64,000 nt of DNA, taken from Prorocentrum cordatum (Eukaryota). This document shows, piece after piece, positions 39,900 through 57,420 of this stretch. Both the position numbers and the translations under genes were made by a program. The notes beneath the pieces were generated by a model, which worked only from the letters and a program-made list of their open reading frames with translations, did not search any database and was not told the DNA's origin. The DNA is taken from contig CAUYUJ010000114.1 in assembly GCA_963575745.1 (NCBI GenBank), positions 1,426,001-1,490,000 on the forward strand, in the 5' to 3' direction. Within the stretch, counting starts at the first letter, position 1; each line of letters begins with the position of its first letter.

Positions 39900-41741
39900 G
39901 CCAGCAAGCCTGGCGCTAGACGAGGCAAGCCGTACGTGCAGCCGGATTCGTCGCTGCCGAATTCTCGTACTCGTAGCTGCCGTTGCTGCTGCTCTCGTAG
40001 ATGTCGTGCTCGTACCTGGGTTGCTGCAGCTGCACGGCGGTGCGCCGGCGGTGCTGCTGCAGTGGGACCTCCAAGACGACGAGCTGGATCTGCTGATGCG
40101 TCGGAGAACGGTGCTCTCGCATAGCATCTCTTCTTCGCGTGCTCTCGTAGCGCACGTATTCCGTCTTCCTCCGCCCATGCTCTTGCAAGGCGTTGATACA
40201 TCCCTCGTCGCATTTGGTGCAGTACTTGTCGCGTCGAGTGCTGCATTTCCTGTCTGACTTGGTGTCGTCCCTGGCGGTGCGGTGCTGCTCCTGGCGTTGC
40301 GGCGCCGCGTGCACCAGATGGGCGAGGTCGTTCCCGTCGGCCTGCATGCTGCGCCTCGTGCGATAGCCTGTCCTCCGCGCCGCGGCGCGCAGTGGCCTAG
40401 GCCCAGCACGACCCGAAGGTGTCTAGTACAGTCGGACCTTGGACACAAGAACACCCCTCGAGAACACGAGACCCTCCGCGGGCCAGAGCACCCCCCATCT
40501 TGAGATCATTCGAGGGTCACCCTCTCCAAAGATGCACAAGAGCCTCCACCAACCACGAAGAACATCAGGGTACCCTCCCGGAGCCGACCTTGCTCTTCTA
40601 CCTCGGTCCGACTGTAGCCCATCATCATGTCCTTTCTACCTTTCGTTCGGTCGCCAGCGCTGCCCGCCGCCACCGCCGCCTTCTGCCAGGCACAGCGCCG
40701 CGCGCCTCCTGCTGCCTCCAGCGGCCGCCGGCCGCCCGCGAACGAGCGAACGAACGAACGCCGGCGTCGCGCGCGCTCCGCGAGGGAGGCCCGCCCGGGC
40801 CCAGTAGGGCAGGGCGTGGAGGCCGCGGCCGCAGAGCCCGAACTTCGTGGGCTCACCTCAGCTCTGCTCGGTCGACGGCTTGCAGCTGTCACCTCTCGCA
40901 AGAGCCCCATCGGACTGCGGCCGCGGGTCTGCCTTCCTGCTCGCGGCGCTCGCGCACCCCAGCCAGGCGAGCTCTAACGTGCTGACTTCGAAGTGCTTGA
41001 ACGACTCAGGTGCGCCTCCTGTGAAATCCAAGCCGTCATCGCCCGAGCCGTTATTGTACTTGCTGTCAGACCCGATCTCTTCACCGGATGCCGCGCCGAA
41101 ATTGAGCTTTCTCCTGTGCCCTTTGCCGAGCTTGTCGTTTACCCTGATGTCTTGGCCCACATTATCCTCCTCCACCGTACAATTAATATTGTTGTTGTTG
41201 TTGATTTGTTTTTTCTGGCGGCAGCTCCCATTATAATCACATGTGCGGATCATGTGTTCGGTCTGGAGTAGCCTCGCTCTCTGGCCCTTTGATCAGCTGC
41301 AGGTAGTTCGATGGCACTGTGTGCGGCATCAGCTTCTCGATCATGTTGTCCAGCTGCTAAAGATCGGTGGGTGGTGAGAGGAAAGTTAATAGTTCCAGAC
41401 GGCTCAGGCGTGTCTGCATGTCAATCAGATTCGCCACCTCGAGTCATGGTGAGCGCGTTCTCCACAAGCTGATCCCCCATCCTGCCAACCGTAGCCGCGT
41501 CTTGCCCCAGGGAGCGCACGCGTTCAGTGAGCTGCTGGATCGCCCCGACCATGACCAATACCCTCTCACCCAGGGAGGCTTCTCGTCGTCGCCTTCCTGA
41601 CATACCTGCACTTTCCTCTGGCTCTCCTCGCGCTGCCACGGGCCCACCGCGGGCAGGCACAGCGTGAGCCATACCGGCCGCGGGCGTGCCGCAGGCAGTC
41701 TGGAACTCCTGGCCCCCATTGCGCCGAAGCGGCTCGAGCCA
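39900..41741 (-). pseudogene. Decayed, frameshifted coding-like region (possible retrocopy or LINE ORF1-like)
   Basis: Coiled-coil-like fragments (IQQLTERVRSLGQD, QQLDNMIEKL); degenerate SL-like motif at the 5' end; interrupted by MITE 40429-40614. Confidence 0.3.
40429..40614. mobile_element. Tc1/mariner-type MITE
   Basis: ta|cagtcggacc...ggtccgactg|ta. Confidence 0.8.
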
Positions 41742-41944
41742 GCCGCCTGCGGCGCGCGGGAGCGACGCCGCCCCGCGTCGGCGGAGGCAGGGGTATACCG
41801 CCCGGGGCCTGACCCCGGGGCGCGCCGACGGCGTGTAGGGGCGAGCACGGGGGATGGACCCTGCATATGGCCCTCCTCCTCCTCCTCCTCCTCCTCCTCC
41901 TCCTCCTCCACCTCCACTTCCTCCTCCTCCCCGTTCTCCTCACC

Positions 41945-42172
41945 CCCATCCGCCGCATCCTCATCGTCATCCTCATCCTCATCATCATCCTCATCCTCAT
42001 TTTCCGCATCCTCATCCTCAACCTCCTCATCATTATTATCCTCATCCTCATAAACATCACCTTCATCATCAGCATCATCCTCATCTAGCAGCATCATCAG
42101 CAGCAGCATCGTCATCATCGTCATCATCATCATCAAAATCAGTATCATCATCAACATCAGCATCATCATCCT

Positions 42173-42225
<53 letters not shown>

Positions 42226-42235
42226 GCATCATCAG

Positions 42236-42267
<32 letters not shown>

Positions 42268-43225
42268 GCATCATCATCATCATCCCCATCATCATCCGCG
42301 TTCTCCTCCTCAACCTCCTCATCACCATCATCATCGACACAATGATCATCATCAGTATCATCATCAGTGTCAGCATCCTCAGAATCATAATCAGCATCAT
42401 AATCATCAGCAGAAACAGCATCATCATCACCATCAGCACTATCACGAACCGAATCATCATCGTCGCCATCGTCACGGTCATCATCCTCATCACCAGCAGC
42501 AGCAGCAGTATCATCATCAGCATCATCGTCGTCACCATCACCTTCGTAAACTCATCATCACCTTCATCATCACCCTCATCATCACCATCATCATCGTCAT
42601 CGTAATCGTCATCATCAGCATAATCATCGTCGTCACCATCATCATCAACATCATCATCAGCATCATCATCAGCATCAACATCAGCATCAGCATCCTAAGC
42701 ATCATCATCAGCATCATCATCAGCATGATTAGCATCAGCATCAGCATCAGCATCATCATCAGCATCATCATCAGCATCGACATCACTAGCATCGTCATCA
42801 GCATCATCATTATCAGCAGCAACATCAGCATCCTCAGAATCATTATCAGCAGCAGCATCAGCATCAGCATCACCATCGCCATCAGCATCACCATCAGCAT
42901 CACCACCAACAGCATCAGCATCGTCACCATCACCATCCTCATCAGCAGCAGCATCAGCATCCTCATCATCAGCTTCATCATCATCGGCGTCATCATTATC
43001 GTCATCGTCATGTTTAGCATCATCACCATCATCATCATATGCATCATCGGCATCGGCATCATCATGATCATGAACATGATCATCATCAGCAGCAGCAGCA
43101 CCGTCATCATCATCTTCACCTTCACGAGCACCACCAACATCATCGTCATCATCATCAGCATCATCGTCATCAACAGTCTCAATAGCATCAGCATCATCAT
43201 AATCATCATAGCCGTCATCATCATC

Positions 43226-43280
<55 letters not shown>

Positions 43281-43434
43281 GTATCATCATCACCATCATC
43301 ACAATGATCATGATCATTATCATCACCAACATCCGCAAAATCATCACTACCATCACCATCACCATCACAATCACCATCTTCACCACCACAACCAACACCA
43401 GCACCAGCACCATCATCATCATCATCATCATCAG

Positions 43435-43509
<75 letters not shown>

Positions 43510-43661
43510 CATCGCCATCATCATCAGCATTTTCATCATCATCGTTTCGTCATCGTCGCCGTCATCATCATCATCATCATAAGCATCATAACCTTCATCA
43601 TCACCACCACCACCACCATCGTCATCCTCATCAAAATCATCATCACCATCATGATCATCAG

Positions 43662-43694
<33 letters not shown>

Positions 43695-43850
43695 GATCAC
43701 CATCATCAGCATCATTATCATCAGCAGCAGCATTGTTATCGTCGTCGTCATTGTCATCGTCATCGTCATCGTCAACACCATCATCATGCACATTATCATC
43801 CTCATGCTCATCCTCATTCTCAGCAACAGCAGCATATCCGTCGTCGTCCT
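41945..43850. repeat. ~1.9-kb degenerate (CAT)n/(CAG)n microsatellite
   Basis: Direct reading; shorter equivalent at 47860-48150. Confidence 0.97.
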
Positions 43851-44504
43851 CATCCCTCCTGCCCTCCCTCCTCCTCCTCCTGAGGCACTGACGGCTGCAA
43901 TGCCGTTTAGACGTAGCCATCCCCTCCCCGGGCCTGTCGGCCCTGGGTGTGATGATAAACCGATAAAACTAGTGAGCGAGGTGACTCAGGAGCGGTCGCC
44001 CCTGGAGTCACCGACTGGTGGGGGATACGTGCAAAATGAAGGCATCGACAGAGGCAAATACGAGGAAGAGAAGAGGAGGAAAGAGGGACAATTTCAGATC
44101 TAAACATCAGAGGGGAGAGACGAGGGGGGGACTCCTTTCTCCTCCTCCTCCTCCTCCTCCTCCTCGTCCTCCTCCTCCGCTTCCTCCTCCTCCTCCTCCG
44201 CTTCCTCCTCCTCCTCCTCCTCCTCCCCTCCTCCTCCTCCTCCTCCTCCTCCTCCTCCTCCATCCTCTCACCTCCTCCTCCTCCTCCTCCTCCTCCTCCT
44301 CCTCCTCCTCCTCCTCATCCTCCTCCTCTTCCTCCTCCTCCTCCTCCTCCTCCTCCTCCTCCTCCTCCTCCTCCTCCTCCTCCTCCTCCTCCTCTCTCCT
44401 CCTCCTCCTCCTCCTCCTCCTCCTCCTTCTCCTCCTCCTCCTCCTCCTCCTCCTCCTCCTCCTCCTCCTCCTCCTCGGGCCCGCCTGAATTCCGGCAGAG
44501 CTGC

Positions 44505-44599
44505 CTGCTTGCCGCCCGACACGTCGAGCAGCTCGTCGCCGTCGTCGTCGAACTCGTCTTCCTCCTGGTGGATCCGCAGCCCCCGGAGGTCCCCGCGGG
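44505..44599 (-). CDS. Probable internal exon (RGDLRGLRIHQEEDEFDDDGDELLDVSGGKQ)
   Basis: High GC3; CAG|GC donor in phase 0, matching exon 38948-39009. Confidence 0.5.
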
Positions 44600-46232
44600 C
44601 TCACCGGCAAGCCTCGAAGCCCGTGGGCCTCGTGGGCCAGACGGCCTCACGCTGTCACCGCAGGAACGAAGCAAAACCCACTGGGCCCGATGACAGGGCG
44701 ACTGAATCTATGCATGCGGCCTTACGGGCTGACCTACCGGCCAGCCCTGAAGCCCGTGGGCCTCGCGGGCCAGACGGCCCCACGCGGTCCCCGCAAGGGC
44801 GATGCAAGTGCCACTGGGCCCGATGTCAGGGCGACGAACTCGATACAAGTCCACTGCTCCCTGGCAAGGCCCCTCCTGAACCCAGCAGCAGTGTACACGC
44901 CACGCCCTCCCGACTTGGCCAGGAGGGCGTGGGCCTGGCCAGGGAGCAGTGGATGTGTGCAGATTCTGGCGGCCGAGATGAAGGGGCCGCAGGATTAGGC
45001 CACTGAGCCCGATGAAGGGGCCGCCAGACCATGGGACGCACCAGGACATACTAGTACTATGTGTCCTTCTCGGAGGCGCGCGTCCGACCAGATCAGATGG
45101 TTTGTAGGATATCGTTTCCCGATCGGTATGGTCAGAGAGCGACCGCCGCGGAGCGTATACCAGAAGATTTCTTGGCGCGCGCGTCGCCCCTGGGGGGGAG
45201 CGACGCACACAAAGTATGAATACGTCGGTGTGGCGCCGAGGTGAGGCCAGATTTCCGCCCAAGATCTAAGAGGACGAAGTCAGATTCAGCCAGACTGAGC
45301 TGGACTAGGCTGGTTTGCGGCGGTGGATATGCCAGCGTCGATGCAAAAATCAACCTTCCAGGAGCTGCATATCCTAAGTAAGCTTGTTATCATGGCCCGC
45401 CCCACGGCCCATCTGGGCAAACCAAAATATGCTGGCACCGCTACTCCTCGGACCTCTCCTGGGGTCATGGGGTGCTCTCTGGACTCTGGCCAGAAGTTCG
45501 AGGCAAATTAGGCCGTGGCGACGAGGGCCTCGCAGGAGGCCCAGAAAGGCGAGAAAGAGCCAAGGGGAGCGGTGTCAGAACCAGCGAAGCTCCACTCGGT
45601 TTTCGGGTCATGTCTAAGGTCTCCAGCGGCCATTCGGGACGATTCGGGCATCCCCGGAACGCTCTCCGCGAGGTGCAGCTTCTGGAGCGCATCCCGAAGC
45701 CAGAAAACCGCCGAGACCCGACAAAAGCTTCTGAAAACCTCGAACCTCGAAGCGAGGCGAGGTGAGCGGTGTCGGTACCTCTCTGCTCCTTTGGCCTTTT
45801 TTTTGTTGTTGTTGCTTTTTTTTGCGGTGCAAGGCGCGGGGCGCAGGGCGCTCTCTGCAGGGAGGCAGCGCCCGGAGGCGGCGCCGAGACCGCCCTGGGC
45901 TGCTCCGGGGGGAGGGGGCCGGTTGAAGGCCAGCCCGAGGTCCGAGGTTCGAGGCCTTTAGGGGGCCACATGTACCCCTGGCCCCGCGATTTCTGAGGGG
46001 GATGGTGGGGTTCACTTCGTTCGGGAGCTCCCGAGCGAAGCGAGCCCCACCCTCCCCCTCAGAACGCGTGGGGGGTAGGGGTGGGGTTCGCATGTGGCCC
46101 CCGAGCTTTGGACGGTCTCGACAGCTCTCCGCGATTTGCCAGCCTCGGGATCTGTTTCCAACAGCCGCGCCTCGCCGAGAGCGTTCCAGGGGTGCCCGAG
46201 CTGTCCCGAACGGCCGCCAGAGATCCGAGCTA

Positions 46233-46435
46233 CAGTGAGAACGTTGAATGAAGACGGGTGGTAAGGACACAAGACCCTTGGAGGCCGAAGTTGGGATTTT
46301 GGGGGGCGGCGGGCGACCAAAACCCCATGGTACCCTGAGAGGCTGGCCAGTGGAAACGGCAAAGGACGGGCCGCAGAGGCAAGGACACATGGGTAGCCTA
46401 GAAAAAGCGCGCGTCCTCACTATGCGCATTGGCAG
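46233..46435. mobile_element. Diverged family E MITE
   Basis: Internal ggtaaggacacaagacccttggaggccgaag matches family E; TA flanks. Confidence 0.6.
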
Positions 46436-47478
46436 TATGACCCGAAAGCAAGGGGAGCCGGCTCAGAGGGGGAGCATGCTCCGGGCTGTCTCGGGCGGTC
46501 TGTCTCACGAGCCTTGGGGAATCAAGCTTTGGCGGCGCGAACAAGCGAGCGAGCGAGCGAGCAACCACCAATGTGGACAGGCGTCCGGGCCTACCTGAGA
46601 CCAAGTGTGCGACGAAAACAAACAGGAGTCTCACGCGAGATGACGTAGCGACCGTACACGGTGCCTTACGCGGGCCGCCAGCAGCCGCCAGCGCGGCACG
46701 CCACACTGGAGACGAGAGCGCTCACGCGCGACCTTACGCGGGGAGCTTACACGCCAATGTCGGCGCAGACGACCCCCTTTTTGCCGCGTCGCTCAGGTGG
46801 ATGAGGTCGTGGCTTATGGGATGTAATGTGTGCTTTGCTGCGCAAGACATATAAGCAACAGGCGGCGCACACAAAGGGGTTGCGCGAAGCGGGCGGCAAG
46901 GAGACGTCCTTACATCTCTAGATCCGGCCCACGCCTTCTAAGAAGAAGACGTGTTTCTAGGAAGATTCCCCCCCTCCCCATAAACCCCCCTCTCTCGAGT
47001 AGGGGATCGACTACAGAATTCATGTACCCCAAAAACTGATCTGTTCGTCGAATCTACGAGAAATGCGTACCACGTTCGAAGATCTACGAGCACGATGCGA
47101 ACTTTGTTTGTACACTCGACGAGAAAATCAAGTTTTGGGTAAACCACTTCTGCAGTCGATTCCCGGCTCAACCTTTCACGTGGCCGAAGCCAGGCGGAGG
47201 AGGCCACGGCTCATGTTAGGTCGGGCATGTCCTCCTGCAGGCGGATTTGGGGAGCAACATGCAAAGTAGCGTTTAAACAAAGATGCCCCCAAGTGGCCCA
47301 AAATAGTCGACAAATCGTCCCCAGGCGAGTTTTCGACTAGTTTTGAAAGATCCTCTTGTAGGGGGACTAGTTCCAGACTATGTTTGAATCTTCCCCATAC
47401 TATTTTTAGACTACGTTGAGACGATGCTTCGAAACAACTGAGAATATTCCTCCTGCATAGGGACACGCCCGACTCAAG

Positions 47479-47638
47479 TGAAGGGGCCCTGGGACACACA
47501 AATCAATCCACGCACATAAAAAGATTCCCCATATTTTCCCAAATTTTCTGGGTCTCTGTCTTCCCCCCCACTTCCCATATTTTCCATATTTTCGGGGGAA
47601 TCGACGATTAATTGTGTCTGTGTTTTTTCCCCTCCTGA
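47479..47638 (-). mobile_element. Family B element
   Basis: Perfect tcaag/tcaag TSD. Confidence 0.88.
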
Positions 47639-47964
47639 TCAAGGCTCCCGGGCTGCGCCGCGTGCCGTGCTCTGAGCGGGGCACATGAGTAGCCGGCGGC
47701 GAGCGCACGAGGCGGGCGGCCTCTCTTCTCCAAGGCGGGCGGGAGGCGGCAGAGTGCCGCTGCAGGAGAGCCCAGGAGGGCTTGTAAGAGACCTCTCGGA
47801 AGCTCGGAGGGCTTCCACAACGTCCTTCTCCACCTCCTCCTCCTCCTCCTCCTCCTCCTCCTCATCATCATCATCATCAGCAGCAGCAGCGACAGCAGCA
47901 GCGGCAGCATCAGCATCAGTATCAGCATCATCGTCGTCATCAGTATCAGTACCAGTATCAGTAC

Positions 47965-48019
<55 letters not shown>

Positions 48020-48082
48020 AGCATCATCATCATCAGCATCATCATCATAATCAGCATCATCATCACCACTACCACCACCACC

Positions 48083-48116
<34 letters not shown>

Positions 48117-48520
48117 TCAGCATCAGCATCAGCATCAGCATCATCATCATCGAGGGCGCCTGCCTTCTGAGACGGCACCGCTGCATTTCTGTAGCCGAGC
48201 AGGCAGAAGAAGAGATCAAGCATCCCACCGGTTGCTTCCACGGGCGCCGCCCTCCAGGGAAGGCACCCTGCCGCCTCAGAACGCCGCCCCCCGCGCGCCA
48301 GCCCCTCTGCGCGCGCCGCCGGAAAAAAACATGTGCCGATGCCGCTGCTCGGTGGACCTCCCGGGGTGCGTTCTGACCAGGGTCTCGAGGCGAATCCAGC
48401 TGCGGCGGCCAGGGATTGGCAGCAGTAGAGCGGCATCTCTTCCTCCTTCCCGACGCCTGTGCACGGCCCCAAGCTTTTTACCAAACGGCAGATCCCAGAA
48501 ACCCTGGATTTGTCAATACT

Positions 48521-48684
48521 TGAAGGGGCCCTGGGACACACAAGTAAATACACACAAATAAAAACATTCCCCAGATCTTCCCGTATTTTCTGGGTGTTTG
48601 TCTCCCCCCCCCACTTCCCATATTTTCCCATATTTTCTGGGGCATCGACGGTTAATTGTGTCAGTGTGATTTTTCCCCTCCTGA
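48521..48684 (-). mobile_element. Family B element flanked by a ~47-bp duplication
   Basis: 48473-48520 repeated at 48685-48730. Confidence 0.88.
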
Positions 48685-49037
48685 GCTTTACCAAACGGCA
48701 GATACCAGAGACCCTGGATTTGTCAGTACTGGCGGCCCGCTTTTTCATCGCTGCCCCACTCTCGCCATCGCTCGGACGTCCATTCCCTGCGTTTTGTTTC
48801 GGTTTCGTGCGTGGCTTTCTCGCCAAATGATCAAGGATGCTCCTCGATGGCCCTCGCCGAAGGAAAAATGCACACGTCCGAGCGATGCCAAGTACTCGGA
48901 CCCCCTTCCGCCGGCGGAGCCGCCGCCGTTTCTGCCTCCGACGGCTGCCCGCCCAATGGGCGCGGCGCGCCGCATCAGCGAGGCCCTCTCTGGAGCACCC
49001 TCGGAGCCCTTTTGTCCTCGGCGGCCTCCGGCGCGGA

Positions 49038-49385
49038 GTCGAACCAACATGAAGGGGCCCCAGGACACACAAATACATACACACAAATAAAAAGATTCTC
49101 CATAGTTTGAAACATTTTCGGGGTTTCTGACTTCCCCCCCACTTCCCATATGTTCCATATGTTCGGGGGAATCGACGATTACTTGTGCATGTGTGTTTCT
49201 TTCCCTCCTGACAACAACACACACCCATACCCATAGAGGGCTACGGGTGCGTGCTGCCGGATGGGGGCCCCCGCCCGAACGGGAGCGTTCCCCAGGGTCC
49301 GACAACCCGCACCGATAATTACCCATATCCAGTCCTCCTCCCAACGACCTCCCTATGGGTATGGGTGTGTGTTGTTCGTTCGTCA
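49038..49385. mobile_element. MITE family C with a family B element (49050-49211) in its left TIR
   Basis: caaca/caaca TSD; removing B restores the TIR seen at 28612. Confidence 0.85.
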
Positions 49386-50599
49386 GGCTCGGAGTCCTCG
49401 GTCCCGGCTCCCCGTTCTGATTTCGCATGGCACGCTGGCGTCATTTTGGGGGGAGTCCAGGTCCGCTATGACACCCGCCGGCGGCGGACGGAGAAGAGGT
49501 CGGCGCAGAGGGAGGGGATGGGCGGGAGTCGGCTGCACGCAAGAGTGACCCTGGGGAAGAGTGGCCTTTGGTGCGCGGCCTTTTGGGGGCCGGGGGGGGG
49601 GGGGCAAACTCAAGCGCGCAAGGCGCTACTATCGCATCGCGTTCGGCGCTCGGGGGACCCCAGTGGACCCGGACCAAATGGTCACTCCGGCGAAGGGCCA
49701 CTCTTGCGTGCAGTCGACGTGTAGTCGACCCATTAAGGTCACCCCCCATCCCAAACCCCCGACGTCACAATTGTTTCATGACGCGACCCCCAGAGGTCCG
49801 GACCCATCTCCTGGGGACTGGCTTTTCATCCTGAATCGTTTCTCGACGGCCCCGAGGCCCGGTGAGGGCCCCCGAAGGCCGAAAATAGCGAAAAACTGCC
49901 CGTCGTGACTTTTGTTCATGACTCGAGGGGGCCTGGGATTACCACCCGCCCGATCCACCCCTTTGAGCAGGGACCGACCGTCCCGGCATTCTTATAGTCC
50001 TACCACGAAATGTTCTTAGAACCCAAAAATGTTCTAAGAACAAAAACAATGTTCTTAGAACATAAGCCCGATGTGCTAAACCACGACAATATCCGCCAGA
50101 AGTGTTCTAAGAGCATCTCGTGGAAACCACAAAAGGGTTCTTAGAACACTGCTTGCTGGGGCTATAGTTGGAAGCTTGGAAATTGGCACCAACACCAACA
50201 TCAGGGGTTGCCTCCACGGGAGGAAGATGATCCTGGATGTTGGTGTTGGTGGTAATCTTGCGGCCACCTAGAAAACCAAATATTACCACCATCCCCTGGA
50301 TCGGGATCCTCTTCCCTCGGTGAAAGCACGCCGCCGATCTTGGTGTTGGTGCCAACCTCCAGGCCTCCGACATAGGCCAGCCGGGACGCTTCGCCCCTGC
50401 TTGCATCCACCCCAGACCACCGACGTCATGATTTTTTCGTGACGCGGTCCCCAGAGGTCCGGACCCCTTCCCTGGGACCGCTTTCTCATCCCGAGTCGTT
50501 GTTTGACGGCCCTGAGGGCCGGTAAAGGTTCCCAGAGGCTCAACATGGCGAAAAGCCGCCCGTCGTGATTTTGTTCGTGTCTCGAGGGTGGTCTGGGAC

Positions 50600-50795
50600 C
50601 CCTGGTCCTCGTCGGACTCCGGCTCGAAGTCCTCGGTCTCGTCGTAGCGGCCCGAGGGGCTCCCCGCGCCCGGCGGCGGCTGCGGAGCGGCCGCGGCCTC
50701 CGGGGCCAGTGCGGGCGGCCCCGCGGCCGCGGGCCGCTCGGCGTCGCGGCCGGCCGCGCTGGCCTCCCGAGGGCGGCGCGGGCTGCACTCCGCGC
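50600..50795 (-). CDS. Possible exon (..GSPSGRYDETEDFEPESDEDQ)
   Basis: Open frame with strong GC3 and acidic content like the exons at 44.5 and 37.8 kb; boundaries unresolved. Confidence 0.35.
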
Positions 50796-51070
50796 GGGGG
50801 GGGGGGGGCAGATCCAGGCCCAGGCCCAGCCTTTCCCGGCTTGCGGCCTGCGGGGGCCCTCCGCCCAGCGCCGCGGCGGGGTCGGCGGAGGTCGGGGGCG
50901 GGTTTCGTGTGCGGCGCCGGGGTCGGGTGTCTGGGGGTGGGTGTCGTACAAACTTGCATCGATTTCTGGAAGAGCCACCGTGACCAGGGTGGGGCCTAAG
51001 GGGATAGGGAGGTCATAAGTGGATGTTAGGGTGGATTATGTGTATGTGTGTATGTATTATCTATATACAC

Positions 51071-51101
<31 letters not shown>

Positions 51102-53499
51102 CATATGCACATTCACGTATGTCCGAATATAGCTTGTAAGGAGGTCACCCAAGCCACTGAAAGCACTTGTCACCCACTTAAAGGTAATTTCGCGCCAAAT
51201 ATCACCCACCGCAGCATGCACCCTTAACCCCCCATGTCTCCCTGGCAGCCGCCGCGGTGATCCCACTGAGCGATGGGTTTCCTCCACATTTGAGACCGTT
51301 TCTAAAAGAGCAGGTGTGACGACGGTGGGCTTCCTGAATTTTCGGCCTTCGGGTGCAAAGTAATGGGGGGGCAATGCATTGGGGGGGCCGCGAGGGCTGG
51401 CGAAAAGGAGCCCTTGGGGCCCTGGAGGGGCCTTTCAGGGCCCAGAAGGGGGCCTCTAGGGACCGAAGAGGGCACCTTTCTTCCCCCCCTTTTACACTAG
51501 GAGCTCGACCACAAGAAACCTTCCACAACAAATCCAAGCCTGAGACCCAGGATGATCCTCGATGGTCCTCGTGAAAAAAGCACACGTCCGAGCGATGCCA
51601 GGGCCAGGGGGAGTGAGGGTCTGTGTGAACGTGGCTCAGCGCCAAGCGTGGGGGGCAACTTCTGGGAGGCCTTCGCAAGACCGACTAAAGGCTACTAGGA
51701 CAGATCAGAAAGCCCGCGACCTCGGATATACCAGCGCGCGGATGCTCAAAGGTCACTACACCGACCTTGCAGACGTGCTGCAGCGGACTTCCGCGTGGAT
51801 GCTGGCCAATGCAAGACACAAAACGGCGAGCGAAAAACGGAATGAATCTCACGTCGACTTGTAGTCGTCATCCCTGGCCAAGAGAATCCCGCACGAAATT
51901 CGCATCGGAATCCGGAACCGACTTCTCCAGGACACTCCGGGTCCAGCCCGAAGTTTTCCGGACGACCACCCGCTCTGCGAAGTAGGGCGCCGATGCTCCA
52001 AGGGGGGCGAGGATCTGCGATGGCTGCCGCTGGCAGCCATCGCGCTACCAGGAGGAGCGACGAGCAGGGAACGAAGGGGCTCTGCTGGCCGCGACGAGCC
52101 TTGGCCACGAGCGGACTCCACGACCCAGATCTGCGGAGCGACCCGGGAACCAGCGCCCCTCCCGAACCCAAAGGGGCTCTCCTGCACCGCCTTCACTGCA
52201 GCGTCAAGCCCCACTCCCCCATCCCAGACCCCCCGACGTCATCATTTTTCATGGCGCGACCACCCAGAGGTCCAGATCCTCCTCCTCCTCCTCCTGCTTT
52301 TCGTTCTCCTCCTCCGTCTTCCTCCTCCGTCCTCCTTTTCCGTCCTCCTCCTCCTCCTCCTCCTCCTCCTCCTCCTCCTCCTCCCCTCCTCGTCCTCCTC
52401 TTTCTGCTCCTCCTCCTCCTCCTCCTCCTCCTCCTCCTCCTCCTCCTCCTCCTCCTCCTCGTCCTCCTCCTCCTCTTCCTCCTTCTCCTCCTCCTCCTCC
52501 TCCTCCTCCTCCTCCTCTCCTCCTCCTCCTCCTCCCCTCCTCCTCCTCCCTCCGTCTCCGTCCTCGTCTCCGTCTTCCTCCTCCTCCTCCTCCTCCTCCT
52601 CCTCCTCCTCCTCCTCCTCCTCCTCCTCTTCCTTCTTCCCGCGTCAAATCTCCCATGTTATAGTCCTATGTTCTACATCCGATTGTAAACGATTAGTGTC
52701 CGCGCGAGGAGGGGGGGCACCAAACCGGTTGTTTGTTACCACGCCCAAATCGTAGTGTCTAAATTCAAGCGGGGCCGTGTGGGACACGTAAAAGGTAAAT
52801 ATGATTCGCACCCCCGAGGACACGACCCCTGGCAAATTACTCAAGGTTCGCGTGTCCGAAACCACGACCTTCGTAGTTGAATGAGACGATGCTCGCGTCC
52901 CCGAGGCGACGATCCCATGTAAATTACGCCGTGCTCGCGTCCCCGAGGCCACGACCCCCCGTACATTACCTCATCTTCGCGTCTCCGAGTCAACGATCCT
53001 CTGCAACATATATAATATTCGCATCCCCAGGGCCACGACCCCTTTCAAATTCCACATTGCGCGCCTGACAGAGCAAGTACGGAGCAGATGCACATCCTTC
53101 CACGCCGACGCGCTGTCACCATCGACGATCAGAGCTTCTCACAAGGTGAGGAAAGGCGCGAAGCGCCAAGGATAAAAAGTTCCCTCCATATTAGAGGGCC
53201 TTGTTGGTGACAGGGTGGCGACCAGTGAGCGTCCTCTGGACCCGCATGGCCGCCCCCGCTTGGGAGCTCTTTGACTTCGGAGCTCCCTTGCAGAGGGCCC
53301 TCTGGTTCTCGGCATTGCCTCCGTCGACCTGATCAGCTTCACAAATCTGGCAGCAAAAGGCCGAGCCCTTCTGAACGCAATCCTATTCCAAAGCTCGAAA
53401 CAAATCCATTGCAGGGGCGGCGGCCACAGGTGGGGCAAGCGGAGGCGGCGCGGCTACATCGGAGCCGTCAGGCATCGCAACCATCCCGATGGACGAGAG

Positions 53500-57420
<3,921 letters not shown>

